From assembly GCF_001194135.2 (NCBI RefSeq), contig NC_069007.1, forward strand, positions 13,775,186-13,839,185: a DNA stretch of 64,000 bases, in the 5' to 3' direction. The position numbers were made by a program, and so were the translations under genes. Below the pieces are notes generated by a model. It was not told the origin of the DNA. It was given only the letters and a program-made list of their open reading frames with translations, and made no database searches. Positions 52,175 through 64,000 of the stretch are shown in pieces; position 1 is the stretch's first letter; every line of letters starts with the position of its first letter. Origin of the DNA: Octopus bimaculoides (taxonomy: Eukaryota).

Positions 52175-54320
52175 GGTACTTCGTAACTGGCACTCGTGCC
52201 AGTGGCATGTGAAAAAGCAACCACTGCACTTTTGGAGTGGTTCGTGTTAGGAAGGGCATCCAGCTGTAGAAACCATGCTAAATCAGATTAGAACCTGGTG
52301 CAGCTTCCTGGCTTACCAGTTTTCAGTCAAACCATCCAACCCATGCCAGCATAGAAAACTGATATTAAATGATGGACCCTAAGGGTCATATTGACCCCCT
52401 GTTGAGAACCACTGGTCAAGTGCCTTTCAAAACCCTATTCTAACACTCATACAGTCCATGTATTTCAATTAGATTTTGTAAGACTTCTGATGTTTGGAAC
52501 ACCACTGAAGATAAAATTCTTTAAAATCCTGACAGAAGTTTCTAATTAGCAACAGACACTAAGGCTATCTCAAGCAGGTTGGCATAAAAAAAGTGGTTAA
52601 AAAATGCCTAAAAATAAAATAAAAATAAGTATGAAAATCTACTTGTAGCCCTGAACCAAGTCATGACTTCCTGTCTGATATGACTGATAAGAGGCAAATT
52701 AAATGGGATGTAGCGATTAGCTTNNNNNNNNNNAGGGGCAACTACAGTAGCAGTTGTTTAATCCAAGTTCAGTTCTAACCAAAATTGAGGACCAGGAAGA
52801 GTTCAAAGATCAACCATCTATTGCTTTTCTCTTCAGGCATAGACTACCCAGAGTCACATCAGCCAATGTCAGTCCTTTTAAGAAAGGCATTAAGATGTTA
52901 GATAAGGGACATTTGGCTGCTGTTTCTAGTATCTCAGGAGACCACCAAGTGACAGTTTCAGCTGGACTAGATCAGCCCTGACTGAGCAAATGCATCTCGA
53001 CTTTTTACTATTCACAGAGCACCAAAAGGACCTCATTACCCAATGTTCTTTTCTAAGACAGTGAGGTGTGATGAGGGAGATTTGGCTGCTATTTCCAGCA
53101 AGCATCAGGTAAAAGAATGGCACAATCAACAGACCATCATACAAAATGCCTTGCAATATTTCTTCAAATCCCTCTGAGGTTAACTTTACCTTTCATCCTT
53201 CCAGTGCCAAAATGAAATACCAGGTGGTTGAAAAGAAAAATCTAGGAATGTGCACCAAATATGAAGTATGGACACGAGGGAAATGGATCCCGTGTACACG
53301 TGATATGCAGGACAAGCAAAGAGTTAAGCACTTGTCAGAGGAGAGTAGTGTGACATTGCTAAATCAAGTTATACAAAATATTTTTCTGCTCTAGGCACAA
53401 GAGCCCGAAATTTTGGAGGAGGGGCGGGACAGTCGATTAGATCGTCACCAGTACACAACTGGTACTCAATTTATCAAGTCCAAAAGGATGAAAGGCAAAG
53501 TTGACCTCGGCGGAATTTGAACTCAGATCATAAAGACAGACGAAATGCCGCTAAGCCTTTCGCCCTAAATGCTAACGTTTCTGCCAGCTACAAAATCTAT
53601 CTTTATATTACAATGAACGTAAACAAACAAACGAAGTTTGCTTTAGAAGCGTTGAGATGTCTTTTTTCTGCAAAATAGGGGTAGCTTATCCTGTTCAGGC
53701 TATATTATAAGCATTACCCTGCGTTTGAGAATTTAAAATCACTTTAACTATCTTTGTGGCATTGATTCTTTGTGGCATTGATTCTTTGCCTGTCTAAAAC
53801 GTCCGTGCTTGTTTTCAGCCTTTTAGCTAACCTTTGCTTCATACATTCTGAATAGTATAAAGCTTTCTTTCCATAGTCCCAAGTTACTGTGGTGATTGAA
53901 AAAAAAAAAATTAGTGTATCCTAAACGATATATGGATGCCAAAGAAATGTCCTCTGTATAATTTGTGACACAGGACTGAGTTAAAATACAAATTGGTCCT
54001 AGAAAGAAAAAAAACCCCTTACTTTTGGTTAAGTTGAACAGAGAAACTGTTGTGTTGATGTAGCGTTTATATTGGTGAGAAAGAGATAAAGGTTCGCATG
54101 GACACTGTTTAACTCTAGGTCAGACTTGATTAGACACAGCTAGGATTACACTTATGACACACATTCCCATATATATCTAAGATTAATATATCTAAGATTA
54201 ATCCAGTATCTTTTTCAAAGTTTTTTTTTGTTTTTGTTTTTAGAGACATTGGCTGCTATTTCAAGACAGTCCACTGACCAGAAGGCCCTGTAGTTTGGTA
54301 CATTAAATCCTGAGCCTGTT

Positions 54321-54321
<1 letters not shown>

Positions 54322-54384
<63 letters not shown>
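54322..54384 (+). repeat. (TA)n microsatellite; other simple repeats include (CA)n 4322-4368, (GA)n 6126-6190, (TA)n 44636-44700, (GT)n 52123-52172
   Basis: Direct reading. Confidence 0.95.
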
Positions 54385-54388
<4 letters not shown>

Positions 54389-54530
54389 TCGCCAAGCCAA
54401 CATGGCAGTCCCAAAATTAGGACGAAAGCTGCCGTGAATTAGCTCCAAGAAGCCATCGCCTCTAGCTAGCTATGTGACACACGAAACCTGTGTCCTTTAT
54501 TTGGGACTGCCATGTTGGCTTGGCGATAAC
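54385..54530. mobile_element. 146-bp MITE with perfect 31-bp TIRs, TA-flanked
   Basis: GTTATCGCCAAGCCAACATGGCAGTCCCAAA (54385-54415) and its exact reverse complement (54500-54530); TA both sides, with a (TA)n tract on the left. Confidence 0.85.
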
Positions 54531-54639
54531 TATTAATTTCCAGTACCGCTGCCGTAGTCTCCTTTAGAGAGACTTAGAAATATTAATAACTCTATATATA
54601 TATATATATATATATATTATAGCCCAAGACACCTAATAA

Positions 54640-54920
54640 TGGGCATAGAATCGTTTGCCTGTTTGTTCTTATATAACAGACAGGTGTGTGTGATTTGCGA
54701 GAGATTTGGCTGCTATTTCTAGACGGTTGACAGACACAAAGGCTCCCTGTAGCTTTGATAAGTCCATAACATGCTGCCATACAAATTGGCGAAGGCATTA
54801 TTCAAACCATAAAATTATTTTCCTAGTTTTTATACAACAGACAAGAGGGTGGGATTTGAGAGATTTGGCTATTATTTCGGTTAAGGCAGCCGACCCCAGC
54901 GGCTCCTAGAGATATTTCTT
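54640..54920. repeat. Unclassified abundant repeat with core gagatttggctgctatttctag; fragments also near 28190, 30540, 31470, 41200, 42060, 43540, 52900, 55220, 55930, 60880, 61490
   Basis: The same core motif recurs more than 10 times in both orientations. Confidence 0.6.
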
Positions 54921-56029
54921 TTGTTGAGTGGGAGGAAGATGCAGGGTGGGGTGGGGGTAGATTGCTGGTAAGGAGACATCGTAGGGCGGCCAGAGAGGAA
55001 AGGAACATAGAAGAGGAGGAAAAGGAAGCTGTAACGGGTGATGCAATAAGAGAATCAGTGACGAGGGGTACTGGGGTATGATAAGGGTGCAGCAAGCTGA
55101 GCGGGAAGAGATGAAGACAAAGAACTGCAGTATTTGAAGCTGGTGGGATTGTTTAGGCCCCCTACCCCTCACCACTAAAAATTTTTTTTAAAAAGTCGGC
55201 CCTGAACTAGCAAACGTATGATCAAAAATGGATTTCAGTTACTAACATCCCATCCCTATTTAAGGATAGTGGGAAGGACATGGAGATTTGGTTGCTATTT
55301 CTAGCAGGTGGAGTATTTACCTCCCGTTTAGTCTGCAATCCATATATACATATACATATATACGCACAACACACATATACACACTGAATATAGACGTGCG
55401 CGTGCAAGTGAAAACACGAGGTTTAAAATATTTGAAAGTGAAGTGCGAGTCTCAGAGTTATCCCAAGACACTATAGAGACGGAGGTGATGCGATGGCCAT
55501 GATGCCTATCACGAACAGAAACTATCACAGGTTCTCATATCGTATTAGCCCTGACTTTCTCCGAAACTTAGAAACGGAAAGCTTAGAATATGCAAACACA
55601 CACATATATATATCCCAGCAGAGGGAGAGGGCGAGATTGTGACATTTTTTTTCCTAACTTTCTTACGGTACAAATNNNNNNNNNNNNNNNNNNNNNNNNN
55701 NNNNNNNNNNNNNNNNNNNNNNNNNNNNNNNNNNNNNNNNNNNNNNNNNNNNNNNNNNNNNNNNNNNNNNNNNNNNNNNNNNNNNNNNNNNNNNNNNNNN
55801 NNNNNNNNNNNNNNNNNNNNNNNNNNNNNNNNNNNNNNNNNNNNNNNNNNNNNNNNNNNNNNNNNNNNNNNNNNNNNNNNNNNNNNNNNNNNNNNNNNNN
55901 NNNNNNNNTAAAAAAAAAAAAAAACCAAGGGCGATTTGGCTGCTATTTCTAGTAGATCGAGGGCCAACTAACAGGAGCAGTGATTCTATTTGAATATACT
56001 CGGCATATATATATATTTATTATATGCGT

Positions 56030-56350
56030 GGACATGACTAGTTAATAAAGCTCGCTTCGCAGCCACGTGGTTTCTGGTTCAGTTCTACTGCGCGGCAGTT
56101 TGGAGAATTGTCTTCAACTTCGCAAGTAGATATGGTGGGTGGAAACTGGATGTAGGTATGGCCCACCACCACTTGACAACTTATGATAGTTCAAGTCGCC
56201 ATAACTCAGCAGTTCGAAATACATGACTCTAAAAAAAAATTTTTTTAATTAAAAAAACAAAAATAAGGCACTAGGGTCGATTTATTCGACGAAAATCCGC
56301 CAAGATGGTGCTCCAGTATGGCCACAGTAAAATAACTGAGAAAGTAAAAG
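56030..56350 (+). mobile_element. Diverged SINE family A copy
   Basis: Head-like ..gccacgtggtttctggttcagtt.., tail ggtgctccagtatggccacag. Confidence 0.65.
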
Positions 56351-58112
56351 AAAGTTGTTGTTTAATTAGCGGACAATCCTCAGCTGCTATGTATCACTAT
56401 ATCGAGTGAGGATATAAATATCCTCACTCGATATTTATAGAGAAAGGATCCCTAATCACCTCAGCCGGGGTCGACATTTCTCTAATCCCTACTAGAAGGG
56501 GTTGGAGGGACGAAATTAAAAGTACCGGTGATAAACATAGGTCCATTCAATGAAAATAACCTCTCTCCAGCAAAGATTACTGGATAGATTTGTGTCAACG
56601 CGAGAAACCTAGCAGACCGGCTGCGTAACCGAAAACCAGGTTTTAGAGACGCTTCTTGGTTTTTATTTAATTTTTACTCTATCCACCATCACCAGAGTCA
56701 ACAAACCCAAAACTTAGCACAGCCAGCTGTACCGTAATGAGGGTCATCCACAACCGCGAACCCATTTACAACAGGCTTCAAGAGAACAGTGTACAATTTA
56801 GCTCGAAGATCAAGTCAAATAGAACGGGTAACCTACGATCGAAGTCCTTCAAGCGCATGACCAACCCAGTTCTAAATGGATAAGGCTGCAGGGTATGGTT
56901 TTGAAAGATTTACTACCTGCTATTTCTAACAGAAAGACCGACTACATCATAATGGTTGGCCTTTGTGCGCAACTATGACATTGGAGAGAGAGATGGGGGG
57001 AGGAGAGGGTGCGGAGGACCATCAACCTTTTGGCAATCGATATTTTCATTATAACAAAGCATATTTATAGATAAGAAAGATAGTGCAGTCTTAAGGCGCC
57101 GAACCCTATACATAAAAGTCCCGAAACCGGCGGCGCTGTATGTCCGTCCCATCCATGGCCAATACTGATTAATTAACAACTACACGACTTAACTGACCTT
57201 AAATCCACGAAGCAGTGAATAAATGCCGCAAGGTAGCAACAACGAAAACATTGCTCTAATAATAACGTTTTATTTGCCACGAGGGCATAGATGATGGAAA
57301 CATCACAAGGACAGTTTACAATAATGGTGGAGACGGGTTAAATATAAGATGAGGTGGGAAAGCCTGAAAGGAGAAAAGAATACATGGTACAACAATAATA
57401 ATCGAAGTACAAACAAGATCAGCAGTTTTTTTAGGGTAGGCGCAAAGTCGATTACATCGACCCAAGTACTTATCAATCCCGAAAGGATGAAAGACAGAGT
57501 CGACCTCAGTGGAATTTGAGCTCAGAACCTAATGACTGAAATAAGTAGTGTTCAGTTTTTGTAAAATTTACTCAAACTTTTATTAGGTTATATAAATGGA
57601 GAATTAATTACAGACGGGGATTATAAAATTCGAGAGTGATGGGCACAACTAGGTTGTGCTTGCTTGCTTGGTGGTAGCCTTGTTATTAAAATATGCAGAC
57701 ATTTCTACACACAAAGAGACTTTATATAGCTAGGTGGCCTTACATTAAAACAAGATTCCACCCAGAAAGAATGACGTAGTTGTGCTGAAGACGGGTGCGA
57801 CGACGACGAAGTGGAAGGTCAAAGGGCAAAGCTGCGCTGTTTCATAAGGTGGGTGGGTACAGAGTAGAACAGAACTGTCAGTTGAAAGTTTTACGTGTCT
57901 GAGCAAGTTTATACGGGACACAGTTTTGTGCTTTTGATAATGTTTTTAATTTTTATTCTCTTCGAGCCATATCTAGCCTTCAGCTACACACCCGCAATAA
58001 TTACATATTGCTGCGTATACCTAAAACGTGTACACAGAAAAATCACTGCTCTCATATATATATATATATATATATATAAAGCAACATCTATACACGCACG
58101 CGGCTATATACA

Positions 58113-58330
58113 CCTAATGCAACATCTATACACACATTGCTGTAGACGCCTAATGCAACACATACACACTGTTGTAGTCGCCTAGTGCAACATATATACA
58201 CACTGTTGTAGTCGCCTAGTGCAGCATATATACACACTGTTGTAGACACCTAGTGCAACATATAAACACTGTTGTAGACACCTAGTGCAACATATAAACA
58301 CTGTTGTAGACACCTAGTGCAACATATATA
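58113..58330 (+). repeat. Minisatellite, 32-36 bp unit (cctagtgcaacatata(ta)cacactgttgtagaca), 6.5 copies
   Basis: Units start at 58113, 58149, 58181, 58215, 58249, 58281, 58313. Confidence 0.92.
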
Positions 58331-58963
58331 TATATATATATTATATATTACATGCACAAATACATAGTTAAAACAGATTGTGTGTGCATATATATGTATA
58401 TACACACACAACAGCCATATATATGCCTAAAGCAACACAGAGACATATACACATATATATATATTAACGTCAAATACAAACAAATCATTCCAAATATAAA
58501 CTCCCATAACATTACAAATAGCAACAACATTTAATGTAAGCAACACTTAAAACCTAACAATAAAACAGCAATTAAAAGAGACAGAATATAATGTGCAAAA
58601 CACACACAAATATATATCTATGTAAAATCGGGAAGAGTCTATATATTAAGCCACTAGAACACAACTAAAACATACTCTTGTTGGATCAACAAGATTTAAT
58701 AGTTGTAACTCATCTTCCTAAAACCATTAAAAACAATGAGACAATTATGAAATACCATAACGTACGTTGTTAAGATTACATACGAATATTCCTCTCGTAC
58801 AAAGTATATAATATAATAGATACATTAAATATTAGATATATTTGGTGGTAGGAGGTTTGCTTCATGCCGGCCAATGCCATTGTAAGTAGATTTGGTAAAC
58901 TGTAACTGAGAAAAGCCGTCGTGAAAGAAACCGAAGCAGACGTAAATATTTGTTCCACTAAAC

Positions 58964-60017
58964 CAGGGATGGGAAAACTTTTTAGTGCGGCGGGCAAGAA
59001 TTTCCAAAGAAAAAGGTCCGCGGGCGGGTCACAAGTTCTAACTCATATATATATATATTACAAATTAAAAGAGTAAAGGATTATCAATTTATTAATTAAT
59101 AAATCAATTAACAATTAATAAATTTTACCAAGCCCATCGGTATGAAAGCACCATTATTGGTGGAGAACTTATTTAAAAGCTCATATATATTTATAAACAT
59201 AATTAAGGGATCAGCAAATATTTGCTTCACCATATACCGAAGTTCAGTTAAGAAGGACAGTTAGACTGGCTGACCGAAGTGGATTCGGTTATGCTTTCAG
59301 ATCTGTGTCGGTGTGGAATGTTACTCGTTCATGCTTGCACAGTTTGCTAGCATAGTCAAATTTACTGCTGGAATACAGTATTGATGAAGGAAATTGAGTA
59401 TCAATCATAATCCAGAAACGCGTCTACTGTTAACCTCCGGAATGGTTAGTTTTTCANNNNNNNNNNNNNNNNNNNNNNNNNNNNNNNNNNNNNNNNNNNN
59501 NNNNNNNNNNNNNNNNNNNNNNNNNNNNNNNNNNNNNNNNNNNNNNNNNNNNNNNNNNNNNNNNNNNNNNNNNNNNNNNNNNNNNNNNNNNNNNNNNNNN
59601 NNNNNNNNNNNNNNNNNNNNNNNNNNNNNNNNNNNNNNNNNNNNNNNNNNNNNNTGTGTGAATAAGTCGATATACATTAATAAAGATAAGTTTAACACAT
59701 TAAATTAACACATAACATTACTAACACCGCCACTGAATTTAGGACGTTTCTATATTTTTCAGCTAGAATATAGTTAGGTCTCAAGGCAGGGGGAGGGGGT
59801 ACTAACAATGTGCTTTATAGTGATAACATTACCGGACGATTTCTGTTCGAGTCTGACCCTTCTAGGTCGTAGTGGAAACGCGACTTATCTCGCAAACAGG
59901 CATACAAATATTGTATAAATTTTACAATTGAAAAATTTACTATATCTTGAACATACGAGTATATAAACCTGCGGGCGCAATGAAATGGGCCGGCGGGTGG
60001 GGTTTTCCCCACTCCTG
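58964..60017. mobile_element. Non-autonomous hAT-type element with 8-bp TSD
   Basis: Imperfect TIRs CAGGGATGGGAAAAC / CAGGAGTGGGGAAAAC; exact 8-bp duplication CACTAAAC at 58956-58963 and 60018-60025; GC-rich GCGGGC subterminal motifs. Contains an N gap. Confidence 0.85.
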
Positions 60018-62982
60018 CACTAAACTCTTAGAGGCCGTGCCCCAGCGTAACTGCAGTCCAATTATTAAAGCTGTGTGTGTGTGTGTGTGTGTGTGTGTTA
60101 CATACGCACACAGCTGTAGAGAACTCATTGTCAGAGAGGTTTGTTTTATACAAGACTAGGCCGTTAAATATTGATTTCAAATGTTAGTACAAGGCCAACC
60201 ATTTCGGAGGACGGGAAAGTCGATTACATCGACCCAGTGATATTAACTAGTACTTTCTTTATCGACCCTATAAGCAGTGCCGGAATCAGGACAAATGAGA
60301 GCCTGTGTTAGGTAAGTTGTGAGACCCCTTACTTGGACAATTAGGCATACATGCTCAGGAAATTCATCGTAAAAAAAGAGGGGGGAAACAAGACGCCCCC
60401 CCTGCCCCGGGGCCCTGTGCTTAAACACACCTAAGCACAATAGTAAATCCAGCACAGCCTATAAGGGTGAAAGGTAAAGTCCACATTGTTAACTGCCCTA
60501 TATGTGCTAAACGGCGATGTAAATGTCGTGTGAAAAATAAGACTTATTGAAATTTAGTTGCAGAAAGAAGACGAAAGTTGCGTAGAGACAATTCTAGGTT
60601 CAGAAAACAAAGAGGGTGGCGGGTAATTTCAACAAGAGAAAAATTAAGAATTCATCACAAATTTGGCTAAAAGAAAGTGATGTGTGTAGGCGAAGGACAA
60701 ATGTGAACTAGTTCCGGTCTTATTAGACTTCATCAGTTGAATCCTATCTGGGCTTTTTGATATGTCGAAAGGTTTTGATATCGAAAATGAGTTAATCCTC
60801 GGCCAGTTTTAATTTGCATTGATTATACAAATGAGCTAAGGGGAAATAAGTCAAATGAGCCAATGGATTGAAAGGTGAAGTGAAAAGACAATCCTATCAC
60901 ATTGGTAGGCAACAATGTCCAGGAGTTCGTGTTTAGAAGTCCTTTGCATAATCACAGGACAAAAGCAGCGAAACCCAGAGAGAGCTGCTACACAACCTGT
61001 TAAAAATAGCAGCCAGATTTCCTTCACCATCGTCTAGAAACGAGGAAGAAAACTACTGGTTAATGTAATCCTAGATATGGAAATGCCCGACAATACAGGA
61101 TGGTCATGGTTGACATGCCCTTACAGTTTTATGTATCAAATGGCAAGAACTTGTAATAATATCCAGATAAAAGGGAAATGAGATTGTCGGGCTCAGATTG
61201 ACAAGGTTTGTCATAAACATTGCTACCGTTAGTCCCTGAATAACGGTAAACCAGATGACCAATTAAAAGCGCTTCAGCCATGGCCATCTCCAACAATTTC
61301 CAAATATGTACTCCGTCCTGAGAAAAGTTATGCAATTTCCATAGAAGTTAACTACCGTTTCTTGTAGGTCAAGCAATCATGTAGAGGCACACTCCCTTGG
61401 ATAGAGTTTCCTTATAAAGTTACAGAAGATGCTCCTCCGCTAATTGGATCCATGGATATATCGAAACAGACTTACACAGTAGACTTATAATCAAATATGT
61501 TCCAGCCATGACCATCCTATCCTTTAAGCACCGAGAGTATATTGTCCAACGTGATTTTAGAGAGATTTGGTTGCTATTTCTAGCTTGTCCAACCACGTAG
61601 CGACACTCCTTGCTTGGCTGGCTGGAGGTCGGTAGTTTTATAAAAAGTTCTCATACCGACATTTTTCTTCACTGACAAACTTTGTGAACGTGGGAGGAAG
61701 CGAGAGAAAATATTTTTCTTTTTTAATAAAGAAAAAGAATTTGCCTGTTCTTCCATGAAGAAGTTCTACGCAAATATGTATCACGATTAAAAAAATGTAC
61801 ACCAAACGAATAAAAAAAAAGTATTTACAATCTAATATATTGTTGATACCACTAAAAACTATTATTAAATTCATATATATATATACATACATACACACAC
61901 ATACTATACATACATATATACAGGTATATGTACACATACATACACACACGCATATGTACACATAGATACACACACATCAGTGTGTACAAACTGGGGCTTT
62001 ATTCTACAGACCCCAGTAAGGGATGAAAAGCAAAGTTAAAAACCTTGGCGGGATTCGAATTCAAGAGAGTAACAACGAAGGGGCGGCGAAAATGAATACC
62101 GCGAGGTATTGTCCCGATAAACGATCTTTTTTACTAAGGCCCAAGAAGGAGGTAGAGGACCTCGACTAAATGAATTCTGAATAGTTTTTTTCTTCCTCCT
62201 CCTCATTCAATATTTCGGTTACCCCCACCATGCATATGGGATTGTGAAGCTAAATCTGGATGGAGGGGTTGGTTTGTGTGAGGTGAATAAGGGCGGCAAC
62301 GTGAGAAAAAACGTGGGTAAACTGTTCATCATGATGGTGATGAAGAATAAAGGGAGGGAAAAAAAAGGGGGTCAGCCGATTGCCAGGAGTGACGTGACAA
62401 TATAGAAATATAAAAATATATTCCGTTTCTTCGTACCGGCATCAGCCATAAACAGGATGCTTACGAATACTTCATGAAAACACAGTTAAAACTTATTCCA
62501 AGAACAAACGAGGAGGGGAAACAGCTGCACAATCACCGACTTCGTAAAAACATGAGCAGAAATCCTTCAAATCACAACCATTTACAAAAAAAAAAAAAAA
62601 AAAAAAAAAAAANNNNNNNNNNNNNNNNNNNNNNNNNNNNNNNNNNNNNNNNNNNNNNNNNNNNNNNNNNNNNNNNNNNNNNNNNNNNNNNNNNNNNNNN
62701 NNNNNNNNNNNNNNNNNNNNNNNNNNNNNNNNNNNNNNNNNNNNNNNNNNNNNNNNNNNNNNNNNNNNNNNNNNNNNNNNNNNNNNNNNNNNNNNNNNNN
62801 NNNNNNNNNNNNNNNNNNNNNNNNNNNNNNNNNNNNNNNNNNNNNNNNNNNNNNNNNNNNNNNNNNNNNNNNNNNNNNNNNNNNNNNNNNNNNNNNNNNN
62901 NNNNNNNNNNNNNNNNNNNNNNNNNNNNNNNNNNNNNNNNNNNNNNNNNNNNNNNNNNNNNNNNNNNNNNNNNNNNNNNNNN

Positions 62983-63042
<60 letters not shown>

Positions 63043-64000
63043 ACTAGTTTCAGTCATTGAACTGCAGCCATGCTGGGGCATTATATATATACGCGTGCAC
63101 TCTTGTCGATAGTTTCAGCTATTGGACCGCAAGCCATGGCCGGGCACCGCCTTCAAGAGAAGAGGTAATTTTTATCGACCACCCCACCCGCACAGACGAA
63201 GGGCAGAAAAAGGAAAGTTTACTGAAAATAAAAAGATAAAGCATAAAATGTCGGATCCGTCTAAAATTCTTGAAAGACATTTCGCTTTATTCTTCTTAGT
63301 CATTTTCTCAGTCAAATAAAGGAGTGCATTTGCTTTCCTGTGTGAGAGGAATGCAAATACATCCATTCATACACACTTCCATATAATACAGCCGGAGGAT
63401 ATTAAGATTCCCTCAGACATGTCGAAATACAATTTAGACATCAACACCGCAGTAACACTGACACACAAGAATCACCAATCGGGTAAAGAAGCAACCGGAG
63501 ATCATTTCGACTTCACACTAAATTTTAAAACAAACATTTTAAATTACAACTGTCTTTCACACCGAGCTATAGTATCGCCGAAGAAAGGAGTGAAGATACA
63601 TGCTTTTTACCCTTTACTAAAGACCTGAAGTAGAATGAAATGGAATGGTAAATTAATATTTCCTAACTTGGGACAAAGTACCTACGATGTTTAACTGCGT
63701 TAAGTTACCAGTTCAGGTCCAGCTGAAATTAACTTAGCTTTTTCAGCCTTCCGGAGGAGGGCGATAGAGTGAGAAAATAAAGTCACATAATATGTATATG
63801 GAATTATAATAGAAGAGAGGAACCATAATAAAATGTTGGAGAGGGAACCTTAGGTCCGATTTTATTGACCGTGAGAAAAGCTGAATGAAAACTTCCTGGA
63901 GAGTTTTGAACTGAGAATATGGGTACAAAGCCAGCAATTTCTAAGGAGGGTTTCTACCAAGCGTTTCTATACTTTGTAATATTGAAGTGTTTTAACACAT

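Larger units (their letters stand above)
53400..64000. promoter_or_regulatory. CpG-retaining domain, probably promoter-proximal to the minus-strand gene
   Basis: CpG is visibly common in both unique and repeat sequence here, against strong depletion over most of 1-53 kb. Confidence 0.45.

Noticed and set aside
58113-58330. CRISPR-like appearance of palindromic 32-36 bp units
   Set aside because: No unique spacers, no cas genes, and a eukaryotic context; it is a minisatellite.
61129-61335. ORF containing EALLI, reminiscent of a GIY-YIG/Penelope C-terminus
   Set aside because: Only a 5-residue resemblance with no other motifs; cannot be supported without a profile search.
1276-63112. Long ORFs in the supplied track made of X, YI, CV or HT runs
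   Set aside because: They arise from N gaps, microsatellites and SINE bodies, not from genes.

Overview
AT-rich, gap-containing eukaryotic genomic DNA, almost entirely intronic. The repeat complement (tRNA-headed SINEs with internal (TA/GT)n, RTE-like 3' tails, piggyBac-type MITEs) looks like an octopod cephalopod (Octopus sp.); this is inferred from repeat recognition, not from a search. The only host-gene coding sequence I can support is a 113-nt minus-strand exon (42999-43111). It carries 5' UTR plus ATG CCA AAA CCG (MPKP) and ends in a phase-0 GTAAGT donor, which is the conserved start-exon layout of ezrin/radixin/moesin (ERM) genes. The next ERM exon was not found, so the downstream intron exceeds 43 kb or that exon lies in a gap. 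The upstream non-coding exon probably lies in or beyond the CpG-rich 53.4-64 kb segment. Inside the large intron, a CpG-retaining island (38.7-41.3 kb) holds a frame-preserving 21-nt candidate microexon (FRFRHGE) with neural-microexon-like splice signals, plus a weaker 6-nt candidate. The rest is SINEs, TTAA-flanked MITEs, an internally deleted Tc1/mariner, a hAT element with an 8-bp TSD, a 146-bp TA-flanked MITE, LINE remnants, mini/microsatellites and several perfect palindromes. Nearly all ORFs in the supplied track are spurious.
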